Source: Bilabrum cf. latius (lineage: Eukaryota). Taken from it: 64,000 nucleotides of DNA. The translations under genes and the position numbers were made by a program. This document shows positions 24,392 through 37,220 of this stretch, piece by piece. Below the pieces are notes generated by a model that was not told where the DNA came from, made no database searches, and worked only from the letters and a program-made list of their open reading frames with translations. How positions within the stretch are numbered: position 1 is the first letter of the stretch; each line of letters starts with the position of its first letter. The stretch is from positions 186,001 through 250,000 of the forward strand of contig OZ237757.1 of assembly GCA_965178125.1 (NCBI GenBank), in the 5' to 3' direction.

Positions 24392-27300
24392 TCATTGCGC
24401 CACTGAGGAACATACATAACAGGCCTCGGCCGTGCTGCAGAGAGCGGCGAGCAAGTGGGCCCCGAGAACCACGCCAACCATCTGTGCCCGCTGCAAGCAG
24501 TACAGGCGAGGATCCACGGCCGAGACCAAATCGGGCACACCCCCAGGCGGTGCGCAAGCATCCCATCCAAGAGCCCCCACGGTGCATGCAACCGCCCACA
24601 CGAGAGCACCCAGCGCCACCGCCTCCTCTATCACTCGAAGCCAAAGCCCCGTCCTCATGGCGTAGCCCCACGCCCGGTGTTCCACGAGCCGCTCCCTGCT
24701 GGTTGCGCGGGCAAGGGCGTCACGAACCTGAGACTTGCTGTCATTCCCGTCTGACCCGGTCAATACCTCGCTACCGCTACCGCTGCCGCTGCCTTGTGTG
24801 TGTGCCCCTGCCCCAGTCCCAGTCCCAGTCCCAGCCCCAGCCCCAGCCCCAGCCCCAGCCCCAGCCTGGCTGTGCACCGAGGAGGCGGGCTGCAGTCGTC
24901 TGCCACCGACTTCCCTGGCATCTTCCTCCCCTTCAGGCCCGCCTGGTGACGGCATCCACCGCCCCCTACTTCCCCATTCCGAATCCGTGATGTTCAGGCT
25001 GTCGGTTCGGTTTGCCCCGTGTGACGGTCCACTGCTGGCGTCGTACCGTCCCGCGGGGAACCGGCGTGACGTGGTGCCCCGACCCGCGCCCTGCTCGCCA
25101 GTGCCAACCCCGTGGGGCCCCTGCTGTGCTTGCAAGCGCATGCGTCTATCCGCTTCGACGCCATACGTACGTGACCCATCGTTGGAATCCTCCGAGGATC
25201 CGGCGGAGACGTCCCAGCCCTCTGAGAGGTCGCTCGACCCGTGGCTTGAGTACCGCCGCAGCAGGCTCTGGAGGGCCGGCACCTATCTCCGTCCAGTCCC
25301 AACTGCGTTGCACCCGCAACAAAGGCCCCCGGACCACTGCACCGACCCTGCCTCCCAGTGTATGGTGGTCAGCGCCTGCGTTAAGGCCAAAGCGGCCGGT
25401 GCAGTTGCGGCCAGGGCTGCCATGGCAGGGTCCCTGCCTGGCGGAGCGCACCACATGCCCAGCCACGGGTACACTCTGCAGCAGTACCCGCCGTGCGCCC
25501 GGGACGCGCCGCTAGAGCTGCTCGACTCTCCGCTTGAGTGAGGTGAGTTGCCTGGGAAGGTGCGCCCGCCAGCAACACCGAGGGAACGAGCAGGCACGTC
25601 GGGCTGCCGGCTCGAACCGCGTCCTTGTGTGCTGCTGCGAAGCCCGCTCGTCTGGCTCTTGCCTGGAGGCAGCGACGGCGTGAGATTGAGCTGCATGGCA
25701 TGCCGAGACATGTCGTGGCCATGAAGTGGCGGTCGGGAGCCGTTAGGCACAGGTCGGGAGCGGGTTTGCACAGCCGGCACGATTTGTGCAAACGGGTCCG
25801 CATCGCGAGCCGGTGGGATTGTCCTCTATCCAGGCACCCCTCCGGCCAGCGCAGTCTACTTTGTCTTGGTTCTCGGCGCCATAGCTATCGCAGATCGGGC
25901 CTGCTTCTGAGTCTAAATAGCTGGCCTGTAACTCTGCACGCTGGATGCAGTGCCTATGGGCAGCCCCAGAGACCTGGTCGAGTGGCTCGTGAGCGCCCTG
26001 CCCGAGAGAGCCTGGTCGGGCTAGCTCGGCGCCCGAGGGGCAGTACACGCGGCACTGGCGTAGTCCAGTCCCATTAGCACCATGAAGCATCGCACTGCAG
26101 TGGTACCCACCAGCACGCCAATCTGCAAGTATCCCGGCCTCCCCATGGCTGCCCCGACCATGGCCACGCCGCTGACCCATGCCACAAGCTGTCTAGAGAG
26201 GCACATCCAGGGGCGCACTGACCTCGCCGAGGGTCCGCTGTGCCCGTCTGCACACGAGCAAGAGCACAAGCAGGGCACATCGTCAAGTTGCTCATCGTTC
26301 TTCGGCTTCCCAGTACATGCACTAGAGTCGAGAATGCACGCGACGATGTAGGCTACCCCGAGCGCGGCAAGCGCGGAAGACACCAGCACCTGCACGAGCC
26401 AGGTCGGCCAAACCACGAGCTGGCCCGTGCTTAACGCACAGCCTGGGGCATGCACCGCACTGCGGTGTCCTACGTCCTCCAGCGGCAGACAGGGTAACAC
26501 CACGTCCAGGCGCACGCTGGATGGATCCACGGCCTGCAGCCACGGGCCACTCAGTGCTCCTGGCCTGTCACCCCGTAGGATGTGCGCGAGGCGCTGGGCC
26601 ATCGCGCCGGTGCCCATCACTCTCTGGGAGGCAGCCTCCACTGCGTGTGGCGAGTCTTCTTCCGGTGTCACGATGGACCCGATCCGCAGGTCTATGGGTA
26701 CCGTGGTCATCACCACAGGCAAGGGATCTTCCGGAACACTCGAGTTCGAGGGACTGTCGAACCGCACCGACCCTGCGCGAACGGCCCACTTTCGGATGGC
26801 ACCTGCAGACATCTCCCCTGCCAGGTCCTGCAGGGATGCAAGTATGTCACCCTCTAGCCACTGCAGCTGCCTCTCGGTCGGGGCGGGGTGCGACAGCCCG
26901 GGCGGTGTCAGGGGCGCAACTGAGGTCACGAACGACGGCGCCCACCTATTCCTGTCGAAGCGAAGAGCAAATGACAGCCGTGCGGATGCCTTTGGCTCGC
27001 GCTGGGCCCACGGTGACGAGTGATCGATCGCCCCGAGCCAGCCGGACGGCTCGTCGGGCCTGCATGCCATTTGGGGCACGGATGGAAGTGAACCTCCGCA
27101 GGCGCCCTGAGCCCGATGCATGTACCGAATGCTGCTTCTGGAGGCAGTGGGCTGCAGCGGACCGATTGCCGGCACCCGGGCCAGTCGATCCACATCGAAC
27201 GAGGCTGGGTCTGCAGCCAGCGCCGGGAATCCCAGCCAGTACGAGTACCAGATTCGGACGGGCAGGGCTGCCTGGACCCAGTCCGTGGCGCTTGCTCGCC

Positions 27301-29725
27301 CGCTCCCCATCCAGGACTCCACCGCTGGATCGACGGGAAGGTGCTCGGGATCAAGGCACTGTGCCACGCACGCCGGCCGAGACACGAGGTGGCCGGTGCT
27401 GGAGGTGCGGTGGCAGGCCCAGCGGCCGTCTCGGATCGCAGGCAGGCTCACATTTGGCGCGCGCGGGTACATGCGACCCAAAACCGCCCCCCGATAGATG
27501 GCAAAGGGGCCTATCAGTGAGCCCGCCCCAGCAAACGGCACTGGCAACCCGCCCGTCAGCATGTCGGCAGTGCCTGTTGGGCTATCGGTTGCGGATTGCT
27601 GCAGCGCCCTAGGTTGGTGCGTAGCCCCAAGCAGCCCATGCTTGGGGCCCGATGTGTCGCCCGTCGGGCTGTATCTGCCTGTGTGCGCCCGTTCATAGGT
27701 TCTAGCACGCATGTAGGGCCGAGACCGTCCGCCAAACATGACGCCTACGCCGTCCTGCGCTGCGGGCAGGTCCAGGTGCATCGTATCGCTGTTGTACGCC
27801 TCGTGGTTGACGTCGTACGCGAGAGCGCACCCAGCTCGTGCCGTCGGGAACAGCCCGGTGACGGCCTCGCTCTTGAAGTACCGGCTCATGAGCCCCATGT
27901 ACTCGGGCTAGGTCGCGTTGGTCAGCAGCCCCGTGTCGGGCGTGCAGCTGCGTGATGCCACGCATGAGGCGTCGTCCAGGAGAACTCTTTGAGTCTGTCT
28001 GCTACGGATGTTGTGGATCTTGGTGAAGGTCTGGATGCACACCGGCTCCGACATCATGCTGGGCGTGACAAAGTGGCCCTTGTTCTGATTCTGTTCTGAG
28101 ACCTCAGGGTGCTGCGATTGGTGCCGGTTCGGCGGTGTCGCGCTCCACGTGGCATTGCTGGTGGTCAGGTTTGCCAGCACGCTGGGCGGCACGTCCTGCA
28201 CGAAACTCGTCACATACCCGCGGTTTACGCGCCATGCGTAGGGCTTCCCATCCGCGGCGATGTCACCTACCGGCTGGGTCCCGGGCATCAGAGGCAGCAC
28301 GGCCACTGTGCCTGGCGGCCAGACCGTGGCCAGCGCCTGGTGCCATTGGGGTGTCTCCTGGTGCGACTGTGTGCCGTCAGGACGCTCCAGCCTCGAGCTT
28401 GTCAGCTGCACGCAGGTGGACGCGGGTCGCACCCGGATGCCAGCGTTGTACCGGAGCACCATTGTGTCCTGGGTGTCTCTGAGCGTGTAATCGATCCCGA
28501 CGGACTCTGGGCGGGGAGGCACCGTGCACATGCCAGGGGCACGGCGACTGTCAGAGCTATTCTTGATCTCTAGACTGCCTGCAATGCCTGCTTGCTTGCG
28601 TCTCTCTGATGGTTTGGGCCACCAGGTGGTTTGCCTGCAGAGGTCGGCAGGGTGGATGGTACCGTTCATCGGAGTGCACCTGGGCTCCTGGATAGTGCGC
28701 GGGCAATCCACCTGCGGCATGTCCAGGCAGAACGTGTCTCCAGTGGTGATGGACACGGCCTCGCCACCTTCCTCGCCCAGGTGCCTCAGGTTTTGCACGG
28801 GCGACAAGGTGCCCTGCCCTCCCTCTGTGATGGGTGTGAACACGTCGCGTGGCGGCGGCGGCTGCTCCAGGCTGGCGCGCGCGCTGGAGTACTGCTCGAA
28901 TACGCCCTGGTATAAGAAAGAGTCATGCACTTGGTTCACCATCGTATACCACGCCTCGATGGTCCAAGGCTCCGTGGCTCTCGTCGGGGGCATCAGTGGA
29001 GAGACGGAGGCTGGCGGTGCGGGGCCCAGCGACGGGGGCTGGAGCTGGTGCGAGGCCAGACCAGGCACCCAATACGCAGCGCCGACGGCTTGCACGGCAT
29101 TGCGCAGCTCGTTGGATCGTCTAGGCATGCTTTCCTCTGCCTAATGTGAGGCAAGCTCCGGTAGGCCACCGCCAATGAGGGCTGCTGCCGGCAACGCAGG
29201 GCCGAAAGGGATTTGCCACCGCTGCGTCTGTGGAGTGTCGCCACCAGACACGTTATTGAATCCATGCCAAGGATGACGTTCCAGGCTGCACGATTGCGAT
29301 TTCCATGTCCTCTCGAAAACGCTCGAGTTGCTGTCGAGAATTCGATACCGACGAGGCTGGTCACCCAGACCAAGTCCCCACGGCGATGGCACTTTCTGCC
29401 AGGAATCTGCAAAAATATGCTTACTCATTTGGGGCCCGTTACATTGGTCATGAATAGCATTGACAGAGCCATCAGGCTATCTGGTGTTCACATGCTTTGG
29501 TCATTTGGCGGAAGCTTGCCAGCACTCACCATTGCACGGCATAGCGGCGGAATCGATTCCAACAGACCCAAATGCCTTAGCTACAGCTGGAGAGGCTCCA
29601 AGCATGTGTGTAATCAAAGGCGTGGCAGCTGTATTGCCGCTGGCATGGATCGGGTTGGTATGCTTGCCACCCGTAACGGCAATCAGTAGCATTAGCGCTA
29701 ACCCTATCATCTAGCAAAAACTCAT
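24392..29725 (-). CDS. Large (~1,736 aa) signal-peptide protein with kelch-like motifs and C-terminal transmembrane segments; one intron at 29407-29529
   Basis: Signal-peptide-like start MSFC[TAG]MIGLALMLLIAVTG. ORFs 29141-29428, 27908-29128, 26021-27898, 25283-25780 and 24392-25282 share a frame joined by TAG and end at TGA 24392. Kelch-like FPTARAGCALAYD and VMFGGR. Hydrophobic helices WLVQVLVSSALAALGVAYIVACI, VAWVSGVAMVGAAM and AVALGALVWAVAC. Confidence 0.65.
29407..29529 (-). other. Spliceosomal intron, 123 bp, phase 1
   Basis: GTGAGT donor and TTTTTGCAG acceptor. Splicing removes the in-frame TGA at 29501 and keeps the frame (PCN-D-SWQKVP). Confidence 0.75.
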
Positions 29726-30139
29726 GATTGCTGTAAATCTCTTCCACTGTGCATCCTGTTTGCCCTGCGCCACGGCTTCTTTGGATAGCGCAAATGCCGC
29801 GAGACCTGGCGTGCGTGCAACTTGCGACCGCACATGGTGCCAACGGTTGTGGTCGCACTTGTGGCTCATCATGGAAAATCAAAAAACAAGAAATGTGGGA
29901 GACTGCAAACACACGCAAGCTGTGACATGACGAACACACTCTCGGGCGACCGAGACCAGACCGCACGAAAAAACACGAGCAGCAACCTCGCTCCTGCTGA
30001 TCCCCTGCACCCATGGCCAAGCAACAACCAGGCGGTGAAGGGGGCACGGGGCAGCGAGGTGGCCACTCACCTGATGCGTCCGCGGCCGTCATGCCACCAA
30101 TCCAAAATCAACCATCCGTGCTCGGTCATGGCCGCGCCC

Positions 30140-31744
30140 TCAGGCGCTTGCGCATGCCTCACGGATGGCTCCGATCGCGGCCTCCACGCCGCCCTTGGCC
30201 CCGCGGCCGTCCGCGCGGCACGCCAGCGCGTTCACACGGGTGTACTTGAAGGTGTAGTCCGTCATCTGCTGCTGGCAGGCCAGCTCCAGCTCCGTGTTGA
30301 GTGCCCTGTAGCAGTCCCAGTCGAACGTGTCCTCGGACATGGTGCCGATGTCGGCGGTCTGGGCCGCGGTGATGGAGGACACGTCGGGCAGGAGTGCGGT
30401 CACGGCAGCAGCGGCGGCACCATGTCTGGCCCTGGCGGCGTGCTCTGCGTCGATCTCCTTCTGCACCTGTTCCTTGGCCTCGGCCGTGGAGGCGGCATGC
30501 AGGCGGGCCAGGAGGCTGGTCATGCCGGCCTCGCGGGAGTCCACGACGGCCGAGCTCTTGGCCTGCATGGCGCTGCGGGGCCGCGCCACGCCGCTGCTCC
30601 CCGCGGACATGAACTTGGAGATGAGCTCGCTGTCGATGCTGACGTCTCCGAACTGGCGCACGTGGGAGCGGTTGGTGAGGGTCTTGACCTCCTGGTACTG
30701 CTGCTCGAGGGTCTCCACCTGCATGTTGTTCCCCGACTCCGAGTTCTCCATCCATGAGACCGAGTAGAGGTCGCCCAGGCACGAGTTGATGCTCTTGCCC
30801 TTGATCACGTCGTTGGGGGGGCAGTAGCAGCCCCAGCTGCTCTCAGTGGCGTCGGCGGCCGTCGTGGCGTACATGTTGATGTTGGCGGGCAGGTTGGCGA
30901 AGATCGAGCCGGACTCGCACGCCTCGACGTAGAAGGTGAGCTGCTTGAACATCTTGGTGTCGTGCATCTGCTGCAGGGTGGCCAGCAGGTCCTTGGCGTA
31001 CAGGTAGGGGGGCACCGGGGTGCCCAGGATGCCGGGCCCGCCGTGGTCCACGTAGAAGATGAAGACCTCGTCGTTCTCAGTGCTCGCCAGCTTCTTGCCC
31101 CCGTCGATCGACTCGCCCTGAAGCACCTTGAGCATGTTGGCGGCCGTCACCTGGCTGCCCTTGTAGTCCACCGTCACGTTCGCGCGCACGTCGCGGCAGT
31201 CCCCCTGTCCGGTGCAAGGGCGGTTGTACAGCTGGCCGGGGAAGGGGTTCTCGGCGCTGTCGGCGGCGTCGTCGTAGGACATCGTGATAATGTTGGAAGG
31301 GGGGATCCCATTCTCAGCCAGGACGTGGTGGGCGTGCCTGCAGCAGGGGAGAATTTGAAACATGCGGACTATATAGTACAACATGTCCATGAGGAGCAGC
31401 TGCAATTTGCAGCAAGATCCACACAAGGACTTACATTCCATCCGCCTAGTGCCTGTAGTTGCCGTCTGCGGTGAATAAGGAGAGCGAAATAACAATATCG
31501 TGGCTCGATCCGGCGTGAATCCGACACTTCTATTGCAGCATGATCGCGTGAATCCTTACATCCCATGCTTCCGACGATCACGACAGCCCTGCGAACGAGG
31601 AAGGTTGGAGTCGCCGATCGACCCGGTACAGTAGCGAAATGACACCAACACGGGTGACGCATCATGCCGAGCACCTCACCAGTTGTCAGCCATAGCTGTA
31701 GTTGCAGCTGCTGCTAGTGCGAGGGCCGAGATCATGGAGCGCAT
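30140..31744 (-). CDS. LGMN: Legumain / asparaginyl endopeptidase (peptidase C13), 440 aa; exons 31744-31680, 31588-31560, 31465-31435, 31337-30140
   Basis: The spliced product reads MRSMISALALAAAATTAMADNWAVVIVGSMGYGNYRH[TAG]ADGMHAHHVL... Catalytic YVDHGGPG (His) and YVEACESGS (Cys), plus ENPFPG and CLGDLYSVSW. Three GT-AG introns of 91, 94 and 97 bp. CDS totals 1,323 nt and ends in TGA. Confidence 0.95.
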
Positions 31745-32855
31745 GTTGTTTACGAGCTACTAAATAGAGTCTTGGCGATCTTGGATGTTTCTTGGCCGAT
31801 TAAACCGGAGTTCTTTGGATAAATGGCACTGTACAATTTAAAAGTGGCAGTGGCCTGAAAGGGTCGGGGGTCTTGTAGTCCTTGTTTGAGGACTCCTCTG
31901 GATTCAGGTGATCACTCGAACTCCTTCGGGGGCAACGGTGCATCTGGGTGCTTGTGGAATCTTTACCCAACAATGTATTTCTGTATTTCTGTATTTCAGT
32001 GTTTTCGGGGCCGTACCGGAGGTGACCATGTCAGCTTTGCGATTTGTGGCTGAGTTCAGAAGCATATTACTATATGGCGCAGCTCGTGCATGATGCATTT
32101 CGTCGTGGGGTGTCCCACTCAGGCGCAGTCGGGTGTATCGTCTGCAACAACAACGAGGAGAAGCTGTTGGCTCAAACATCAAGACGAGCATAGGTTACTG
32201 TGGCCTTTTAAACGTTCTGTCGAACGTTCTAAATACTGCAAGGTTAAAGAATAATCAAGAACTGCTGTTTGAACAGATCTACTCGTTCGTTTGAGGCAGT
32301 CGTGCCGGGGTACCGCAGATGAATCAGCAAGCGAGACCACACACACTCAAGTAAATACAATACAAGCATCCTATCTGCTCAGGCCAGTGCAAAAGCACGG
32401 CAAAGAAAGTGTCCTGCATCCACGCGCTCGTTGCGATGCAAGTGCGCTGCGTTGGAAACTTACCAGATGATCTGATCGTCACCGCAGATTAACTACACAT
32501 CAGCTATGGACAATTAATTTACAATTCACGATCAATCTAATCTGCAAGTCATGTCTTACCTCGAAAACTGGGCATGGTGCTGTAGTTCCCTTATCAGCAT
32601 CGCTGTGGCTCGTCGACGGACAGTCTTGACTCAACGACGCAACGCCATTCAGGCCACATCATTTGAAGCGGTACTGTGCAGCAATGAGTTGAAACAACTA
32701 GGTCATCCTAAAGATTGATTGATCTTTGTGTGGAGTCTGGATGGCTGGTTGATGCTCTGTAGCGTGCCAAATATGGTATACAACCGTTTGCAATCAGGCC
32801 CTGACGAGTGTGGCCTCAAACCGTATTTCATCGGGCTCACAGCCTTGATCAAGCA

Positions 32856-35800
32856 ATGTCGAAACGCCAGTATGGCGGATCATCACGATCATAGTAGTCT
32901 GGGTCCGGCGTGGGGACTGCTGAGGATTTGCTGGGGTCCCACTCATTCCTCCGAGACTCACCGCCACCGGCAGGCCGACGATAGTTTGGGGGGAAAGGGT
33001 CCCCTGGTGGGGGCCTCATAGATTCTGATTTAATTCCATCTCATTTTGATCCCGACGAAAGGCATATCGGGACGGATCTCGCGCCAGGAGCTAGGACTGG
33101 CAGTTATGTGCAACAGCGTGCTGGCGGCGTGGAGGCGGCAGGTAGCAGAAAGCATGACATTCCACCGCCGGCGGGTTCCTCGATTCGAGTTTCCCATATG
33201 CTCTCTGGCACCGCGGAATGGAGCAACATCCAGGAGGCTGTGCGATTCGCATTCCGGGACGTTCTCGCTCACATGGCCTCGCTCAAGCGAGACAACGACA
33301 GGTTGAACCAGGAACTATCGGTGAGGCTGCTGAACGAATCAAGTGCACCAGCGGGGTATGGCGGGAGCTAGTGCATATGGCAAGCAGCGCTCTTTGGCCA
33401 ACGCATCCGTCCACCTCGCCGCCTCTCTCTCGCGTTGCCTATAGGCCACTGCACTACACCCCACCCCATTCCACGCACCGACCATCGCAGTCCATCCACG
33501 CAAGAATCAAGGCACAGGACCCCAGGGAACAAATCACCCAGCTGCAGGAAGACACGGCCGCGGCGCAAGCGGCAGCGGAGCACGCCCGCCGAGCCGCGGC
33601 AGACGCCACCGACGCCTCCGAGCGGGCGGGGGAGCGGGCCCAGGCAGCCGAGGCGTCGTCGCGCGCGTGGAGGGAGGAGGCCTTCAAGCGGGCGGCGGAG
33701 GCAGCCGAGCAGATGCGCGCCAGGGCGGACGAGGCCGCGGCCGCGGCCCACGGCGCAGTGGCGGAGGCCGCCCGCGCCGTGGATCCCGTGAGGGACTCGG
33801 TGAGTCGTCTCTCCAAGAGAGTGGAGGAGGTGGAGAGGGCGGGCGAGCGGCAGGCTAGGGAACTAGCCGCGGCGAGGGATGCGGCCGGGGACGCGGGCCA
33901 GCGTGCGAGGGAGGGCGCAGCCGCCGCCAAGGAGGCCATGGAGGTGTGCGGGGGCGGGGTGGAGCAGCTAGCGAGCGAGATCGCAGGGATGCAGTCGGCC
34001 CTTGCCGCGCTCAAGGAGGAGGCCGCCAGCGCGGGGGCGCTGGGAGACCTGGAGCGACAGGTGGGCACGCGGGCAAGCAAGCGATCCGTGGTGGCGGCAT
34101 TGAGGGAGAAGGCCTCTGTGTCGGCGCTTGAAGGGACCGAGGCGCAGGTGCGAGCCCGGCTGGAGGCGGCCGAGGCACGCCTGTCGGGGCTGGAGGGTGC
34201 ACTGCACTCCCGTGCGAAGCAGGAGGCGGAACGAGCAGCGGAAGAGGAAGCGGTGCTGCAGCAGGCAGCGCTGGGAGGGGCGTTCGGGAGGGGTGGCCAA
34301 AGGCGCGGCAGGTCACAAAAGCACAGACGAAGGGAGGGAGCTTCTTCTCCCACGTCCTCGCCCTCCTCTGACGACTCGGGCCAGCAAGGTAGAAGGGATG
34401 CGAGAAAAGAAGGAGGGGCAGGAGCAGGCACATCCGCGCCGTCCACTCCTTCCTCTGTCGCCGAGGGGCTGGGGCTCTCTGCCACCAGGGCAGCGGTGGA
34501 CCTGCTGGGTGCCTCTAGCACCAGCACGGCGGCGGGCGACCGGGCCGGAGCGCGGTCCTCCGGGGTGAGACTCCTCCTGCACAAGCTGGTGGGGCTGGAG
34601 GAGAAGCTGGAGCGGGTGCTGGCGGGGCACCGGAGGCACAGCAAGCAACTGCGAGGGGCGGCGAAACAGAGCGACCTTGAGGCATTGCGCAGGGACGCTG
34701 CCCGCACCACGGAGCTGGAGGCGCTGGCACAGGCCGTGGTGGGCCGCGGTGAGGTCGTAAGGATGGTGGGCGAAGCAGAAAACAAGGCCCTTGACGAGGT
34801 TGCAACCACTAACCGCAGGGTTGTGGCTCTCGAGGAGCACGTCAGGGGGGCGCAGGAGGAGAAGGCAGACAGGGAGCGGCGGGCAGAGCACGAGGCCAGG
34901 AGGGAGAGAACAGCGCGGGAGGACGGGCAGAGACGGATCGAGGGGCGGCTGGAGGAGGCCGAAAGGCTGGCACGGGCTGCGGCGGGGGACGCTGACCGGG
35001 CCGCGCGCTTGGCTTCAGGCGCCTCGGTGGCTCGTGCCGCGAGGGGTGAGGGATCGGCAGCGGCGGCGCACGCGTCGCCCGGGCGCGGTAGAATGGGACT
35101 CTCGTCTGCGGATGCATTGCATGGTGGTGCAGGCAGGAGTACAGAGGAGGTCCGTCGCATCGCACGGTAGGCCCTGGATCGAGCCACTGCAGCGGAGCAC
35201 AAGGCGGAGGAGGCGCGCAGGGCGGCCATGGAGGCCAGCGCGGTGGCCAGTGGTGTGAGTGCTCTAGGAGCGAGAGTCGGCGCTGGGGCTGCGCCTTCTC
35301 CGTCTTCCTCTTCTCCTTCTGCGATTGCGAGGGCAGTGCGACAGGCGGTGCAGGAGGGTCTCGCGGGGTACGGTGGAGCCGGCGTCGGGGGCGGTGCATC
35401 CTCCGGTAGTGGAGGTGGTGGTTCTATACCCGATGCCGCTTAGTTCCGGACTCGGCTGGACCAGCTGGAAGTGGGTGCGACGGTTCTCAGGGAACAAGCA
35501 GCCCGCACCCTGGAGAGGGTCCAGTCTCTGGAAGCATCCAGCACGGCGCGGGGGGAGGCCCTGGAGGGGGTGCAGCGGTCCCACCACGCGCTCTTCGCGC
35601 AGGTGCAGGGGCTGGAGGGGGACGTGAGGGAGGGCGCGTGGAGGGGAACAGTGGGGAGGAGGGGGTTCCCCAAGTAGAGGAACAGCCCGCCGTCAGCGCG
35701 AGACCCCGTGCGTGCGACCGTCGCATTTTCCTCCCCGGATCCAGGGGCTGGAGCTGGAGCTGGGGCTGGGGCCAGAAGCTCTGGCCGGCGGAGCTTGCGA

Positions 35801-37069
35801 TCCACAACCGGCACGGATTGGAACGCTGGCATGGATGGTGGTGGTGGGTTTTCGACCCGAAAGAATGGGGGCAGGAGCGTTGGCAGGCCGGGTCAGGGCA
35901 GCTCGCCAGGGCAGGGCAGAGCAGTCGAGCTGGCCGATGCAGCCGTGGCAGATGCACTCCGGGCGGCGCAACATGCCCGCAGCATGGCAGGGCATGGCTA
36001 GACTCGAAGTCCCGGTGGGGGTCCTGACCAAATGTGGCAGGATGGTGGTGATGAAAATGATTGCACGACTCACGGGAGGGAGAGGCATGAAGGGCTGTAC
36101 GCTCTAAACCAATCCGAAGCAGCGAGCAGGACGGGCCAATCGGCAGGCGAATGGCACAATGATCGGCAATCGGCCAGGGATTAGGCGCTGCAGGAAATCG
36201 ATAGGGCGCTCCGTGAGACTGGCCCAGAGGCCGAAGATGGAGCATCTGAACATCGAAGACAAGAACAGGGGTAGGAGCAGGGGCAGAGGCAGGGACAGGG
36301 GCAGGAGCAGGGATAGGAGTTTGCATCGAGGAGGGTTCACAGGTCGGGCAGCGTGCGGAGGGGACGAGGTGTTGTTCTGGGTGAGCCTGCCGGGCCCAGG
36401 GCCGGGGCAGGCCAGCACCAGCACATGCACAAGCACCAGCACCAACACGTGCCCCGCCGTGCCGGCAGGTCGTCCTCTGCTGGCAGGGCGGGGGCTGCAT
36501 CGAGCCGGGCGCGAGGGGGGACTGGCCATGGGGACGATCCGGGATCCGGGTCCCGGTCCGTTTCCGGCTCCGGTTCCGGGTCCTCTGGCAGGCCCGGGTC
36601 TAGGCCCAGGGCCGCGGCTGTCCTCGAGAGCGGTCTGGCGGGGACTGCTTCCGTGGGGTCTGCGGCGGGGGCGCTGGCTCGGGGGACTGCGGGGTTTGAG
36701 CAGGTGCTCGCCGGGAAACACAGAGCCAAGGTGCGGGGGACGCACGGGAGTGAGGGGCTGCTGCGAGAATCTGGTGTGACGAGCGCGACGCATCAAGGCA
36801 TGGGCATAGTAGCAGCCGCGCTGGGCTCGCCGGATAGCATCGATTGGGAGCTGCGGCCCGGTACACCGCCGAGCCAGCGAAGGGGGCAAGGTAGCAGCAG
36901 GGGCAGCAACAGTGATGCCGGAGATCGCGAATCGAGGGCAACACCGCCGTCCCTCCCGGTCTCTGCAGCGGCGGGCACTGCTTCCTCGGCGCAAGGGGAC
37001 TTCGTGTCGAGAGCGGCGTCATTGAGATCTTCGCCCAGGCGACTCGGGGACGAAAGCAGGGAAGTCTGA
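32856..37069 (+). CDS. Uncharacterised ~1,347-aa coiled-coil protein; intron 33321-33490
   Basis: ATG 32856 opens a frame with only TAG interruptions up to a GTGAGG donor at 33321. The CGCAG acceptor at 33490 joins the frame of ORFs 33218-35170, 35228-35443, 35471-35677, 35708-36001 and 36353-37069, which are linked by TAG and end at TGA. Long Ala/Glu/Arg heptad-like stretches. Confidence 0.7.
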
Positions 37070-37220
37070 TGTGAATGATGAATGCATGCTCCGGATTGAC
37101 TCGCCGTCGTGCTGGCGTGCCCGGTGGTTTCCAAAACTCTGATATAAATGTTATTGTTGCGTGGGAATACAGGTTCACACCCGTTTGGTTCAGCGTCCCT
37201 TATTCACCGTATCAGTCTGC

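Noticed and set aside
23851-24990. 379-aa plus-strand ORF
   Set aside because: GTG start, low-complexity content, antisense overlap with the 3' end of the 24392-29725 gene, and no recognisable motif.
29501-29503. In-frame TGA suggesting Sec or Trp recoding
   Set aside because: It lies inside a canonical GTGAGT...TTTTTGCAG intron (29407-29529).
30140-31495. ORF-track N-terminus of legumain (MLFRSPYSPQ...)
   Set aside because: It reads through introns. The spliced model gives a signal peptide and the WAV...NYRHQAD motif.
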